Assembly: GCA_051294905.1 (NCBI GenBank)
Contig: CM119371.1
Span: 27,404,001-27,468,000, forward strand
DNA: 64,000 bases
Origin: Botryllus schlosseri
Lineage: Eukaryota
Direction of reading: 5' to 3'
Below are positions 12,901-30,299 of this stretch, in pieces. Positions within the stretch are counted from its first letter, which is position 1. The number at the start of each line of letters is the position of its first letter. The notes beneath the pieces are model-generated. The model worked only from the letters and a program-made list of their open reading frames with translations. It searched no databases and was not told where the DNA came from. The position numbers and the translations under genes are program-made.

Positions 12901-13877
12901 ACCCACAAATCATAGTACCTGGTATACAATACAACAGTACTATGCTGGGTTGTATGCATCAGGATTACCTAATTTCAAGAAAAAAGTCGTACGTTCTATT
13001 AGCTCATTGTCACAGACAGCAGTAACCAGCAATTCCGTACTGTCTCATGCAAGGACGCGCTACGGCAGAGCCACAAACCACCCTACCATTAAACGAGCAT
13101 ACGGAAAACAAGTTCGCAATGCTGGCAGTGAAAAGTAGAGCATATTGTGGCAAATAATCTTCAAATTGGTTCATTATAACAAGCTTATTTTCTCAAGCGG
13201 ACCGAAACTGCCAAGATACCAAACTTTTTGAAACTCTGGAACTTTCCATAACACCTCCAGTACGTAGTGCAAGGTTAGGTTATCGCCTTCCAATTTGGAG
13301 GCAGCACATTACTAAAACATAGTGTCAAATCCCAGCCGACTGCCGGCTACGAAAAGCGTTAGCACGAAAAGTAACATTAGAGCCTGCGATATTGAAAATA
13401 TTTATAGTCGTTGGAAAAAAGCGTGTTAAGGTATATCATCCTGAGCACATATCTACTTAAGATTCTCGGTATAGGCTTAGAATACGACGGCATACAAAAA
13501 TGCACGATTCTACAAATTCCACTAGAAAACGTTAATTCCCGTATATATTATCATCGCAATGCCCGATTGCAAGTAAATACTACTAAAAGTTTTTCGAGAA
13601 TGTCACCGCAGTGTCACCCGCCGCAAACAGCATTATATAGAAAACAACAGATACAGAATACAGGTATTGCGTCAAACCGTGAAATCGGTAGTAGGTACGA
13701 AAATCTTAAAAAACAACCTACAAGCGTACTGTGCATCTGTCGACAATCGGCCCAAACGGGCGTCAAACACCGCACCGTTTCCGTACGCGGCCTGGTTTCA
13801 GACGTAACTGCGATTGTCCACAAAGTCGGTCGTCAGTTGGTCGTATCGTGGCCTTATCGTTGCGGAGTCGGCATGAT

Positions 13878-14075
<198 letters not shown>

Positions 14076-14082
14076 TTACAGG

Positions 14083-14640
14083 CAGGGTTGTAATGACTCC
14101 AGTCGCGATTTTTTTGTGACTCGTCTTGACAAGAGTCATTTTTTCAAATGCGTAAAATGACTTAACTCAACTCGAGTCAATTTTTGTATCGAATCGACTT
14201 GGAGTTGAGTCATAATGTACGACTCGAACCAAGTCATAGGACTCGAGACTAGGACGGCCAAGACAGACATTTCCTTGTGATTCGAATAATAGTAAAGTCA
14301 CCACTGTATTTGCATTTCGTCTTTCAGTCCTAATACTTGGAAAATAGGGCCGAAATTGTTGACTGAGAAAAATTACGGTATTATGAATGCGAGCCGTTCT
14401 CTATCACTCGAGCAGAGTTGAAAAAGTGGGTCGGACCGGATTGAACTGAAAACTCATCCATGAACAGAATGACTTGGACTTGAACTCGAGTCAAAATACA
14501 ATGACTCGGACTCGGTGGTGAAAATTATTGAAACAATATTTCACGGTGACATAAACCATACATTTTCCTTACCGGTACTGAAAAGTATATATTCCCGATA
14601 CCACACTCAGATTGTTGTGCCAGAAATGTATCAACTACCT
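14083..14640. mobile_element. GAGTC/GACTC-rich hAT-like MITE
   Basis: CAGGGTTGTAATGACTC terminus; flanks ATTACAGG / ATTACAGA; right terminus degenerate. Confidence 0.7.
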
Positions 14641-14732
14641 ATTACAGACCCTCCTGCCTTAGTTACGGTTACCGCGAGATCCTGCCAGTCACTCGTTGAT
14701 ACGTAACAATTCTAGAATAAAGTAGAACTCAC

Positions 14733-14792
14733 AATAGTTGGAACAAACGGCGGAATGATTTTCTTTTCCAAAAGGGCCATCCAATCCAGCTT
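14733..14792 (-). CDS. PKN: PKN exon K6: KLDWMALLEKKIIPPFVPTI
   Basis: ttgcag acceptor, gtgagt donor, phase 0-0; AGC C-tail PPFVP motif. Confidence 0.93.
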
Positions 14793-14991
14793 CTGCAAGA
14801 AAATATTTAGTAAGCAATCAATCAATCTGGTTTGTACACTATGTACACTGTACAGTAACCGATAATTACAAAGAAAACACACAATAATTATGACATAACA
14901 TTGATTAGTTAGTACTTATTGAGGTAGTACAATGGACTCAGATGATAAATATTCTCATGGTTGGGAACCTCCGCTGTATAATTATCTAAAA

Positions 14992-16411
14992 CAGCCGTTC
15001 TCAACCGGGGGTCCGCGAGGCAATTTCAGGGGGTCCGCGAGACAATTTCAGGGGGTCAGCGAGACCTTTAAATTTTTAAAATGGATTATCACCTAATTTT
15101 TCTATTTTTTTACTTTGAGAAAGCATGAGGCAGTTTCGCACCACAACTGCTAAATCCCCATGACTAATATCATCATAATAATCGTCTGACATGGACTATC
15201 GTAGTGTGGTACCTCATTTTCATTGCCTATTTCCCAACAACCTGCTGATACAAACAAAGTTCTGTTTAGAGACGTTTTGTTGGGGTTTGTGGGAAAAAAT
15301 TAAAATATGGAGATAGTAACGTCAATCAGGGTGACTTTGTAATGTCTGCGAAACCTCGATTTGAAGTTGTCAGTCTTATCAAATTAGTGAACAGTTGTTT
15401 GAAAATAAAATTTCCGAAGTATTTCCATAATTTGTCCCAATACGAGGAACAGCTTCTTGGAGGTACAGAACTTTAATATACAATTGAATAGTATATTCAT
15501 ATTGAAATGAGCCAGAATATTTTCGGCTAAAACTCGTCATAAATCGGATAATGATATACCTGCTCTTATAGTTCGGCTATCAGATTTGGCGCATTCTTAT
15601 TGCGGATGGCCGGATGCCCTATCGACAAGGCTGATTTTTTATGAACAAGGAGTGTTTCGTTGCTATCAAAGCATTACGATCCAACCCTGAAGTTCATATC
15701 ACCATGCAATTGGTATGCAACCTTGTCTTGTTAATGTTCAATTGTTCATGATCGAAAGTATTTGCTCGTAAATATATATGTAAACTCGAATAGAACAAGT
15801 CGTTTCATGACAGTCTTTCTCTGGTTGGAAAACGTGGATTCATTTTTGGAGCATAAAATTTTTCAATACTTTTAGATTAGGATTTCACTTTGACGGTAGA
15901 AACTCTCTGCGGGCTGAATCCGGCCCGAGGTCCGTATGTTGCCCGTCACTGCGCTAGAGGCTGGGCGTGATATGTTCATAAAATATGTGTTTCTTCATTT
16001 TGGTGTCATAAATGTTGCGATCACATCAAAAGTATCGTCGGAAGCGTTATGCGTTAATATTGCATTAGCCTCCATCTATCTTTGCGGAAATAGTTTCCGG
16101 CACTCGTCGTTCATATTAAAACGAAGACGCGGATTTTCAAGACAATACCATGTAACCTACTTCAAGAAATACAGCAGCAAAATTAGCTTTGAAATAATAA
16201 AATTCCGACAATTTTTACATAAATAGTATGATGTTATCTTCATGAAAATCAATATTTTGCTGTTTATCACAAACCTACAGATCATGTTTGCACAAGACAG
16301 ATGAAGTTTGCACCATAATAGAGCTAACACACAACTAAAACTTGAGGGGGTCCGCGGGAGTACGTGACGGTCAAAAGGGGTCCGCGAAGCCAAAAAGGTT
16401 GACAACCACTG
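14992..16411. mobile_element. Non-autonomous hAT element in the K5-K6 intron
   Basis: CAGCCGTTCTCAACC...GGTTGACAACCACTG; GGGGTCCGCG subterminal repeats at both ends; TSD imperfect (ATCTAAAA versus aaTTCTAAAA). Confidence 0.75.
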
Positions 16412-16464
16412 AATTCTAAAATTTCGAACTTTGTACCATACTGTAAAAATGAGAGTTCAGTTTA

Positions 16465-16707
<243 letters not shown>

Positions 16708-17771
16708 TTAGCAAACGGGCGGCGATTCAAGTTAGGACGTGAAAAACCGGAAATTCAATTGAATCGCTTATCTCTAAGCGGACTTCAGAATTCCAAATCC
16801 AAACATCGACTTTGTATATAGATTTGCAAATTCGTGATCCGCACGTACGCGATATCAGATGTGGTCAGTAAAAAGGTAATTGCACACTGCTTTTCGCTAG
16901 TGTGTGTGCTTTTCGCTAGTGTAGGTTTTCCTAACTTGCACTATTTATTCAGGGGTTAGGGCGGAGATAATAAAGTTAGCTGAACCGGGAGAACGCTAAA
17001 TCTCTGATTAAATACCGCTAATCTTGACGAGTAAAGTTGGAAAAGTTACGCTCGAGTCGAGGTGTCTCAAGTTTTCAATCAAGCGGCGTTATCTGTTGCA
17101 TCATAATGCGAAAACACGTTATAGGCAGACAATTGTCAATTTGTTGAATGAAACAGCAGCCTGCTGAAAACGATACTGTCACTGTAATAGGTAGAATTAT
17201 CATCATTTAGAAATGAAAGTCGTGTCCAATTTGTACGGTGCAGCTAAGAAATGGATTATAGAATATTGATACCCCTCTACAATGGTGGGTACATAATTTG
17301 TTGATTGTTTAGTGAAGCCATTACCTAGCAATGGTAGGAATGCGTAGGAATGGTACACAGTTTTTATATTTAGTTATCGATAGTTTGTTGCGGCTTGTTA
17401 AATCATGAGATTCAAACCAACTTTATGCGCTGCAATCAACCGGTTTCGTTAATCCTGGGTTGGTAAATCCTGACGACCGCGATCGTCGACTTCAATGCTA
17501 ACCCTACTTTATTATATCCGCCCTAAGACTCCTTCCACTTCTACTTGTACCTAGGCAAAACTATTTACTTCTCACCGTTTTTCATTTCTAAAAGTGCCAA
17601 AGTTTTGAGATAAGTGGTCATGATTTTAGATCTCTCCTACTTCTAATTAACAGTTTATGGTTATTCGGCAGAAATTGGTATATAATACTTTGTTACTTAA
17701 TGAGAAATGTCAATTTCTACTACTTTGAAGAGCTTCTTGCAGGTACAGAACTTCAATATACAATTGTATAG

Positions 17772-18053
17772 TATATTCATATTGAAATGAACCCGAATAT
17801 TTTCGGCTGACATTCGTCAGGGGTAAATGTCAGCAACAAGCAGGGAGTTGGAAAGGACATTGCATATCAACAATAGTATCACAAAATATGACGTCACCGG
17901 AATTAAGTTTTGTATAATCTCTCCGCCGGTGACATCATATTTTGTGATACGATTGTTGATATACAATGTTCTTTCCAACTCTCTACTAGTTGCTGACGAT
18001 TACCCCTGATGAGTGTCAGCCGAAAATATTACGGTTCATTTCAATGAGAATAT
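17772..18053. mobile_element. Foldback / palindromic MITE (arms about 128 bp, 25-nt loop)
   Basis: 17772-17900 is reverse-complementary to 17926-18053; a single arm recurs at about 15465-15540. Confidence 0.9.
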
Positions 18054-18139
18054 GCCATTCAATTCAAAGTATTTAGAAATTTACAAGTGACAAGCCACCT
18101 CTGCTTTGAAACAATGCAGACTCTACAAAACTGGACTTA

Positions 18140-18388
<249 letters not shown>

Positions 18389-18437
18389 TCAAACGGTCAA
18401 ATCAATTGCAACGGAAATAGCCGCCGGAAATGTTTCA

Positions 18438-18662
<225 letters not shown>

Positions 18663-18998
18663 TTATTCCAGGATATATATACATAGTATCGCATACTTGG
18701 ACAGCACAATCTAGCATTATTCTAACTGTCCAATTTCACTAATCAGAGTGAAATGTAAGTAATATACTTCTAATCTAATTTGTTAAATGTTTGTATGCTT
18801 CACTTTAATACTCGTAGAATTTCTGGTATTACTCTGCCATTCGGTATCTAATTTCATACCAGATAGGACCAGGGACTACCATGTGATGCTCATAACTGTC
18901 CACGAATTCGATATTTTCAACAAAACACGGGTAAGTGTGTTGCGTTTACGGCATTATGCCACTGAAAAGTCATTCCTAATGTACATTTCACACCATGG

Positions 18999-20334
<1,336 letters not shown>

Positions 20335-20999
20335 CTAAAACCATACCAAATGTTACTAGACAGTGACGTTGCAGGTACAGAAGCTTGTAACGTAGGGTAG
20401 TTCCTCACAAACCCAATTTCTTTTTGCAAGCATAATTTCTCTTAATACCTTTTCCCCCACTTCATGGGGTGGCAGGTAGCAATACTGGTTAGTTTAACTG
20501 TCACTTATAGGCAAAAGGAGATTCAGCACAAGAAATCAGGTTTCTTAGAAATACAAACTATGTTGATTAAAATTGATTCGAATAGTCATACCAGTGCTTC
20601 ATTAATAATTCAGCACAAAATTTCTCCGTTCTTTAAATATAAGATATATTCTATAAACATGTGTCTGATAGAATACTGCGCAGGCAGTTTCACTACTATT
20701 AGGAATCAGCAGGCGCGTAGCCAGGGAGGGTTTCGGGGGTCGGTACCATCTCCTTTAGAAGCGTGAAACCCCCTTCCTAAACGCGAAACCCCTTTCTTTC
20801 GAAATGACCGTTCTGACGCTAATGGTCTGTTGCAATTCAATAAGTCGTATTATCAGTGTTGCGTGCGGCCAATTAACGAAAGGCGTGTTGCCAATTAGCG
20901 AGATTCGTCCGTGCGCGATGTACTGCACAGTGTAACGAAACACGATCATCCGCTGAGATGTTTGCGAAATTAGGTCATTCATTGCCGCGTGCTTGGCAA

Positions 21000-22745
21000 T
21001 CGTTGCTAGCCTGATTTATCGCGTCTCTAACAAGCCTAGTTCCGCTGGCTTGAATATTCTCATCTGCAATAGGCCCGGTGTGCACGATATCATCGCTGAC
21101 CTACACAATCGCATCTGCAAGCGGCCTAGTATACGAAAGATATCGCTAGCCTAACTACCGCGCCTCGGGCCTACCATGCTTTGGCTCCTATTTCCCGATG
21201 GCTCGGATAAAATGGTTGCCAAGTATATGCTGATTAGCGATTGTGATTAAAGAGTGACATCTCGAAACTGAATTACATCGAATGTGCGCAAACATATGCA
21301 ACGTGCGTACGTACAATGTACATTGTACATACGTTATTGATTTCCGCTAATACTTGAACATAACCATCAAAAGCTGTGTGTCAAGGCTAAAAAGAGGTAA
21401 GGTTTGAACCACCTGAAATCGGCGTCATTATAGCACGTATTCCATAAAAACTCGTACATTTTGACTAGCGCAAATAGTCGCAGAGGCTATTTAAGACGTT
21501 AGACGCATTGCTAAACGCGCGTATTAAATTGTTCGACGCATTGATAAGCGCACGATATCATCTGTTGGCCTACACCAGGGCTGGCCAACCTTTTCGGCCA
21601 AAGGGCCACATTCGATTGACGAAATTATGCGCGGGCCACTATCCGCGCGGAGCGCGAAAATTTTTTGAAGTTCATAGGTCAATAATATTGTCTATTGACT
21701 ATATTGCGGGCCTGCTGTATAGCGCTGGGCTAAGTTTGCGAGGACTGGGCTATTCGGCGCATGGACATATCGCTATCGAAAGCTGTGACCAACATGCGTC
21801 AATCATTTCGTGCCTAGGTTTCACGGTGGACGGTCTTACTGCGAGCGCAAACGCAAGGTCGCATATGTTGAACGACACTTTGTCTCGTAATCGCGAATAT
21901 AGTTACACTAAATCTGATACATTAGGTGTTCTTCCATTTTCACAAATTGGCAACAATATTAAAAACAAGAAATCGAGTGACAACCTATTGCGCTAAGCTT
22001 GTAGAAAGTTTTTACCTTTGATAAGTCTATCGCAAATTATTCTGCTTTATTGTAGTGTACGAAGATGTATCAATATGTGAATGGCTGATGGATCTGTCAA
22101 TGCGTTGGAACTGATAGTCTAGTCATCACATCTTAAGTATTGGGGCCAGACTAATCAAATTTTTGGTTGGCCTTGCAAGCTCAAAATCTGTGCAATCCAT
22201 TTTTTGTTGATGATATTAGATATTTCGGAAATTACCTCACGGGCCACTCAAAACCTTCTCGCGGGCCACGGGTTGGCCGGCCCTGGCCTACACAATCGCA
22301 TCTGCAATAGGCCTAATACGAAAGATATATCGATAGATCATCGCTAGCCTAACCATCGCGTCTCGGGCCTAGCATGGTTTGGCTCCTATCCCTCAATGGC
22401 TTGGAGATCATGCCGTTGATTGTATGCTGATTAGCGATTGTGATTAAAGAGTGACATCGCGAAACTGAAAGACATCGAATGTCCGCAAACATGTGCGTCG
22501 CGTGCGTAATATATTTCCGCTAATACTTGAACATAACCATTAGAATATGTGTATCAGTTTGAGTTATAAAAGAGGACAGGTTTGAAGCACCTGAAATCGG
22601 CGTCATTATGGCACATATTCCCTAAAAACTCGGACATTTCGACTTGTGCAAATAGTCGACGAGGCTGCGTAAGACGCGTTGATGAGCGCGCATATTTAAT
22701 TGCTCGACGCTTTGATAAGCGCAGGTATTTAATTGTTGGCGACAT
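21000..22745 (+). repeat. Tandem approximately 480-bp repeat (units about 21091-21575 and 22286-22745, plus a partial unit) split by a hAT MITE
   Basis: Both units begin cctacacaatcgcatctgcaa and are collinear. Confidence 0.85.
21576..22285. mobile_element. Non-autonomous hAT MITE, 710 bp
   Basis: CAGGGCTGGCCAACC...GGTTGGCCGGCCCTG; perfect TSD GCCTACAC. Confidence 0.92.
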
Positions 22746-22791
22746 GTACTAACCCTAATGAATTGACGCTATATTAGTAAATTCGCAAAAC

Positions 22792-24049
<1,258 letters not shown>

Positions 24050-24101
24050 TCAGAAAGTAGCATGTCCTATCGAATCTATCGAGCGCAACAAAACACGTTA
24101 C

Positions 24102-24248
24102 CTCTGCGAAAAGTATTCCTTGCGGTTCGAGATGCAGGGCCATCCCGTGCCGCTCGTTGTCCAGAAAGTCTTCCAACCTCAGGAACTTGACGGCGGCCAT
24201 CGCTCTCCAATCCTTCCAGTAGACACAGATGATCTCCATTTCTCTAGC
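24102..24248 (-). CDS. PKN: PKN C2-like domain exon b: AREMEIICVYWKDWRAMAAVKFLRLEDFLDNERHGMALHLEPQGILFAE
   Basis: ccgcag acceptor, gtaacg donor, 147 nt, phase 0-0; diagnostic PKN sequence. Confidence 0.95.
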
Positions 24249-25262
24249 CTGCGGTGTTGAGACGAGAGTGATGAAAGGGCGAAATGCATGATCATGTGTT
24301 AAAGGGCATCATACAACCAGCAATAATACTTATCGGTTACTGTCAGGACGTGCATAGCTCATGCTTTCGAAATTGCAATACTATCACAATAACACAATGG
24401 ATATTTTTGTATTTCGGGGTCATGCCCCTAATATTATATTACAAAGTGGAGTTAAAATCATAAGATAGTACCATAGTAGTATTAAAGAGCGTATTACACA
24501 TGGGATGGTAATAAACCAAAAGGGGTCCACGATAAAAAGGTTTAAGAGCCCCTGGCTTGTAAACAAGGTAGAGCTCTTGCGTGTTTACACATTTCAGTAA
24601 GCATAGCATTCCGTATCTGAGATCCCACAAATGTGCCAGAATTTGGGCCAGGCTTCATCTACGGTGTTTAACGCATAGGCTATGCAGGTGCAACCCGTAT
24701 CATAATTCAGTTTGAATTAGTTCAGTCATGTTTAATGTAATTGGACTACGCTGAAAATCGATTTGGAGGCTGTAACCCGACCCAGTCAGAAAAGCGTCCT
24801 CAACACCAAGCTTATTCTGCTTTATTATGCTCAATAGGCACAGACAGCGACTAAGCCTGCTTCTGTTGTCTATTTGCAGTCTACCAGACCGTATATATTT
24901 AAACTCGAAAGCAAACATTCAGTCTTGTCGCCTACTGAACCCATTTCATTTTAATCACGCACTTGAAATTTCATCAAGAAACATCAGGTAAAATATCAAG
25001 ATACCCGTCAATATTTCGGCATGAGATTTAGAAAATACAACATGATACCGGTCAAGCATTTGCCAGCAATGCAACTGATGCTATCTTCAGTCACTTTGAA
25101 TGCCAGTGCCAATTTATCGAAATGCATGCCACTGACAATTGATGCCCGGCATGACAACGTATGGCTACAAGATGATATTTGTGGCAACCTAAAATCTAGT
25201 AAGGTTGAAGGCATAACCGCGACTACCATATCACGAAATTTGTTGAATAACAAGTAAATCAC

Positions 25263-25372
25263 CCTGTCCAGGTCTTTAACGAAACGCGCGTCCCAGCATT
25301 GCTGATTGATCGGTCTGTACATGGTTTCGCAAAACAATTGATTGTCCAGCTTCAGGACTGCCATGACTTCAT
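25263..25372 (-). CDS. PKN: PKN C2-like domain exon a: DEVMAVLKLDNQLFCETMYRPINQQCWDARFVKDLDR
   Basis: ttcttccag acceptor, gtgatt donor, phase 1-0; AVLKLDN...WD..F..LDR motif. Confidence 0.92.
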
Positions 25373-26327
25373 CTGGAAGAAAAGAACCAGTGTTTCCCAA
25401 CAATGGACAAAAGCAAATATTGCCTGAAACGAAATTGTCACTACACAATGAGTTCACGTAGGGGCTGAACAATGTCTCGAAGTGTGATCAGTAATCATTC
25501 ATACCTAGCTATCAATCATCGCATTATGACGGATGCGTAAAATCCCAGTAAAACGCTCAAAATCTTTACCGGTAGGAATAAAAATAACAAGAGTATTCAT
25601 ATCTGCGAATAATCCACAACACAACCGCGGTGCATTACAAAAATAAAATCAATCACAATATTAGCGGCTGTAGTGGCACAAGGCCGATGCATATCATGAC
25701 AGACAGTGTTGCAATTGAATAAAGAACAATATATAAGACTACAAGTCTTTGTGCAAGTGTTATTTCGTAAGGCCATGACTTGATATTGTCATCGTGAAAT
25801 CGGTGAAGCCAGGTGCGTTATATCCCATAAAATCGTGAAATACGTATACGCAACATATAATCAGTAACCTTGACAAACTATATATCACAATATTGTGTCT
25901 CGTCATATCGCAGACAGTTTATCAGAACAGATCGCTTTTTGGTGAGTCTACAAAGTTATGGAAAAAAATCACGTACTGCTGGATGGATATCTTAAACGGT
26001 AGTTAAGCTGTAATGATGTCATAAATTCGGAAAATAACATTTGTGTGCAGGCTACATCATATTTTACAATCACTCTCAATCTCAATCATTTATACGGTCA
26101 TACATACATATTGCAACCAATCACAAAGTATTAGCAATACCAGATGGCAGAAGCCTTCTGAGTATTCTAACGTGTGATGAAACGAAACAAAATTACTCAC
26201 AATCGATAATTCAAACAAAAAAATCAATGAGCCAAATGGATGCTGTTGATTAGAAGTATTTGATCATCCGACACACAGAGTGGAACTATTCGCATAACAC
26301 GGATTGTGTATTTGCATCGATTTGGGA

Positions 26328-27675
26328 CAGTGGTTCTCAACCTTTTTTGACACGCGCCCCCCTTGGAGATGGTCAAAAAATTCGCGCCCCCCCTTACCCC
26401 CTTGCATTTATCGTCATGTCAAAAAGAGCACATCATCTAATACAGAGGTGGACAACGTTTTTGATAATCATGGCTGCATTTCGATTGCTTATGTAGCGTA
26501 AGGCCGCATTCCAGGGCATAGCCGCAATGAACGATCTGGACCCAAAATACCTATGGTAAACTGTCCATATCCATTCCCGGTGAACTCCGGACATCTACTT
26601 TTCACAATGGCCTATTGTACGCACCGAAATCGCGAGTGGCAATGTTATGAATAGTTGCCGGGAGCTGCATATTGTCGCGCGGAGCGCGAAAATTTTTCAG
26701 GGCCGCGAACGAATTGTTATTTCTTGCCAGTTCCCATTCCGGCTCAGATTAAGAAGGGCGCTACTGCATTAAAATCGAAAAATGAAGTCTTGTTGAATTG
26801 CGCAGAGGGCGAAGAAAATTTCAAGATTAATTAAAATCTCTCGGAAATGCGGGAGTCAATTCGTAATTGCAATTTGCATGTCTACGGCCGTCAACACATA
26901 CTAATTAAAATAGGCGCCGACGGCCGCTCCAATTCCCTTCTACGGCCGCAGGCTGCCCACCCCTGATCTAATAGTATACATAAGGTCTATCTTACGCCAA
27001 TTTTGAATCTGCATTCCAGTTGTTGAGTCTTTTACATTGCTGACAAATTTCTCCAAACTTGTTTGAAAATAACAAAAAAACATTGAACAAGACATCCATC
27101 AATTAATTTCATGGTAGGTCACCCCGAGACTAATCCTGATGCTGGTAGTGAGTACAGAGAGCAAGGCGTCGTTCCGTCCTGCCAGGCTAAATTTGATCAG
27201 TTTTGAAAATTAATTAAATTGTATCGATTTAGAGTAGCCTAATTGAGGGCGAAACCGGGCAACCTATGTTGCATCTAAGTCTCTCTTAGGCAGTGCAGTT
27301 CGCAAGCTACTAACAAGAGCTGCCCGGCGCGACAAGCTTTAGGCTACTGTCAAAGCTATGAAGCAATAAATGACTTACACGTGGGAATTGCTCTCTATAT
27401 CTCCAAAGAATTTCAAAAACTTGCTTAAATGAAGTTGAAATCAGACTATACTCCGTTGAGCGCGGTTGCTAGAGTTTGTATTTTGCAAACTTTCTTGAAT
27501 ATGGAATAAATTTCATCTTCAATAATCGTCTTCTCATGATGGATGTGAAACACATGTTCAGACACGTACAATTTATACTGACTTTGTCAATTTCTCGCGC
27601 CCCCCCTATACTGACTTCGTCAATTTTTCGCGCCCCCCTGAGAGCCTCCCGCGCCCCCCAGGTTGAGAACCCCTG
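26328..27675. mobile_element. hAT-derived composite (left TIR 26328, right TIR 27675, internal hAT end near 26955)
   Basis: CAGTGGTTCTCAACC and GGTTGAGAACCCCTG termini, but the flanks do not form a TSD, so the pairing is uncertain. Confidence 0.55.
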
Positions 27676-28278
27676 CCATAGGTGGATTAATACGCGTTTG
27701 ATGTATCGATTTAGGGATCCGGCCCACCAAGACCTTCATTTTCCCATTTCCGGCCCGCGGAATGCAGAAGGCCCGCCCGTGGTCTACCGTCGCTATAATT
27801 TGACGTAGTGTGCAGGTTTTGAAGAATTGCGACAGCCTGCGAACTCACAACTTACGGGTAGGCTCTACTCTCGTACTCTAATCACACACACACACGCGCG
27901 CGTTTAAGAATAAATTACAGTCACTATCATTTGACGGGATAAGCAAATTGTGGGGGATTGCAGCAGACTGGCTGTGGGCCACATCATCATGTACCACCGG
28001 AAACTCTATGCGGGCCGCTCAAAATCACGTCGCGGGCCATATGTTGCCCGTCCCTGGGGCATGTCATTTAAACATAATAGGGTATATTCGAAAAGTCTCT
28101 AGTAGACAACTCAGAATATATGCTGAAGGTATTTACTAATTGAAAACTGTCCTTCAGTTGACTACCTTCAGGTGTTAATTTTTACCTCAAATTGAAAGAC
28201 GCTTCGATATGTAATGAAATATAACGGACATTTAACCGATTAGAAATAGACGGCGTTAGTTCTAATGACTACTTTTAC

Positions 28279-28891
28279 CTCTTCCGATTGATCTTATGGT
28301 GCCACTCTCAATGATAACTTGCCTTGCTCTCTACTTTCGGAGTCATGGATTTCGGACAGTGTGCGGTGGCGAGGCACACCGGGACCAATCGATGAAAACA
28401 ACGGCAGACTTCCAGGTCCGTCTGCATTGTTATTTTGATCAGTTCGACTACTATTGCTGTTGTTTAAATTGGCTTCCCCATCATTCCCGTCGTCATATGC
28501 TGTAGTTGTCGGTTCTGTTGAATTGGCATGGTCCTTACTAGAACCCGTGTACTATCATGCGACGATAATGAAATCCATGCCAGTTATGCCCCGCATGACA
28601 ATACTTTGCTATTTTCGAACATACCTATTTCATTGCACGTTGAGCCCTCCAACAAATTAGGGTCAAGCAGCGGTGAAAAGTCCTCGGCGGTCGTATCGTC
28701 GCTTCTTGATCGGAGCAATTTCAGCTCGACATTGCTTAACGCCGGATACTCAGCAATCTGTGCTTCTGGGTGGCCATGCGCACCTGCCGGTATATCATTT
28801 CTGCTGCTGTGAGCCTCTACCGGACTAGCCGCCTCAAGCCGTGAGGATAGTGGCGTGAAGACAACAGGAATCCATTGTCCAGTGCCACGGT
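28279..28891 (-). pseudogene. Large disabled exon encoding a low-complexity, probably disordered segment (DRGTGQWIPVVF...RHRTLSE...DQSEE)
   Basis: ttctag acceptor, gtaaaa donor, 613 nt. Two in-frame TAA and an apparent 1-nt deletion near 28545; would be phase 1-0 if restored. Confidence 0.65.
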
Positions 28892-30138
28892 CTAGAAATA
28901 GAGGTGTACTATTCGTTACCGTGTATCGTTATTAGGGCTGGTCGCACTGATCCAAGTAATAATTCTAGTAGTGCTAGTCCTGTGGTAAGAAATGATTGAT
29001 TTCAAGTATAGTGAAACTAAATCTTCATCATAAGTAAAAGTTATTTATCAACGAAAATTCATAGTCTGGGCGCTATTTTCCACTGTAGAAGGATGGGAAT
29101 CTGTAAATCTGTTCGTATACCACTTTACAAACAACCCACCAACAGCGTTTTTTTTATCTCAAGTATGATGAAGCTAAATCATCTTTGTTAAGTAAAAGGT
29201 AATTTATCAACTACAATTATAGTTTGGTACTATTCTCCATTGTCGAAGGCTGTAAATCTGTAAACCTGTTCGCACATCACATCAAACAACGCACCCACAG
29301 CGCCCGTAAAAAAAAACAATCAATACATTTAGTCAGCAAAAGAAAACTTCACTACATCTACAATCTATATAAGTTGGTAGCTATTATTCCGGACAGATGC
29401 TTCACCACAATGCGTATAGTACGTCATAAGCAACAGTTTGGCTGCAATCTGCTGCAAAATCATGCCATAATAAAATCATGCCATAATTGTGTAAATACTT
29501 TCCCCCCCGTATGAGTCTACGGGCAACTGTCACGCGATACAGCTGACGTTATCGATATGGGATGGTTGAAACCCTTTCATTTTACCGAATGATTTGGCCC
29601 GATTGTGCAACACCTAATGAGACTCGTGCAGCTGCAACCAGCTAAAGTATCTCTTCAAAGATTTTTTTCAACGAAATTAGACCTTCCAAGCGAGCATTTC
29701 TAGCAGTTATAATGACGCCACCTCTCACCGCTCGCGTAATAGAAGCAATGGAGCATCGTAATAAGCCAGTTTATTTATCTGTATAACTGGACGTGAAGGT
29801 ATTCCTGACTGTCGTAGTCCCACTCTTCCTCGCACTCAAGTGTGATTTGCCAACTGCGGGGTAGTAATATAGTGGTTAAGTTATCAGACTAATTCTAGTT
29901 CTACTTGTTTAGACTTTGGACGCAGTGGTGTTGAGACTCATTTTGGAGTGCGTTTATATCAGGGGCGGGCAACATACCGTCCGCGGGCCAGATCTGGTCC
30001 GCGACGAGATTTCCACCGGCTCGCAGATACTATCCTGTCCTACTCATTACCGTGGCTCGGGGGTTTAGATACATCTGTAAGAAAACATTACCGATCATGG
30101 ACATTAACAAGACAATGCCGCGTTCCAGTCTAACTGAT

Positions 30139-30159
30139 GAGAGAGAGAGAGAGAGAGAG
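30139..30159. repeat. (GA)n microsatellite
   Basis: About 10 GA units. Confidence 0.95.
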
Positions 30160-30299
30160 TCTTCATTTTCATCCAACCAAAATACATAACACACGGCAGT
30201 GGTGGTGGTACAAAAAATATGCTTGCACAGTATTCGGTATTAGATAGGAATGATCGATAAGACCGTGAAGGTCATCTAGTCTGATCACACCAGCATCAA

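Noticed and set aside
21508-21996. 162-aa plus-strand ORF
   Set aside because: TTG start; runs across a MITE insertion junction, so it cannot be an ancestral gene.
29860-29900. tRNA-like A-box (TAGTGGTTAAG); a similar motif lies near 42650
   Set aside because: No B-box or cloverleaf follows; at most a decayed SINE head.
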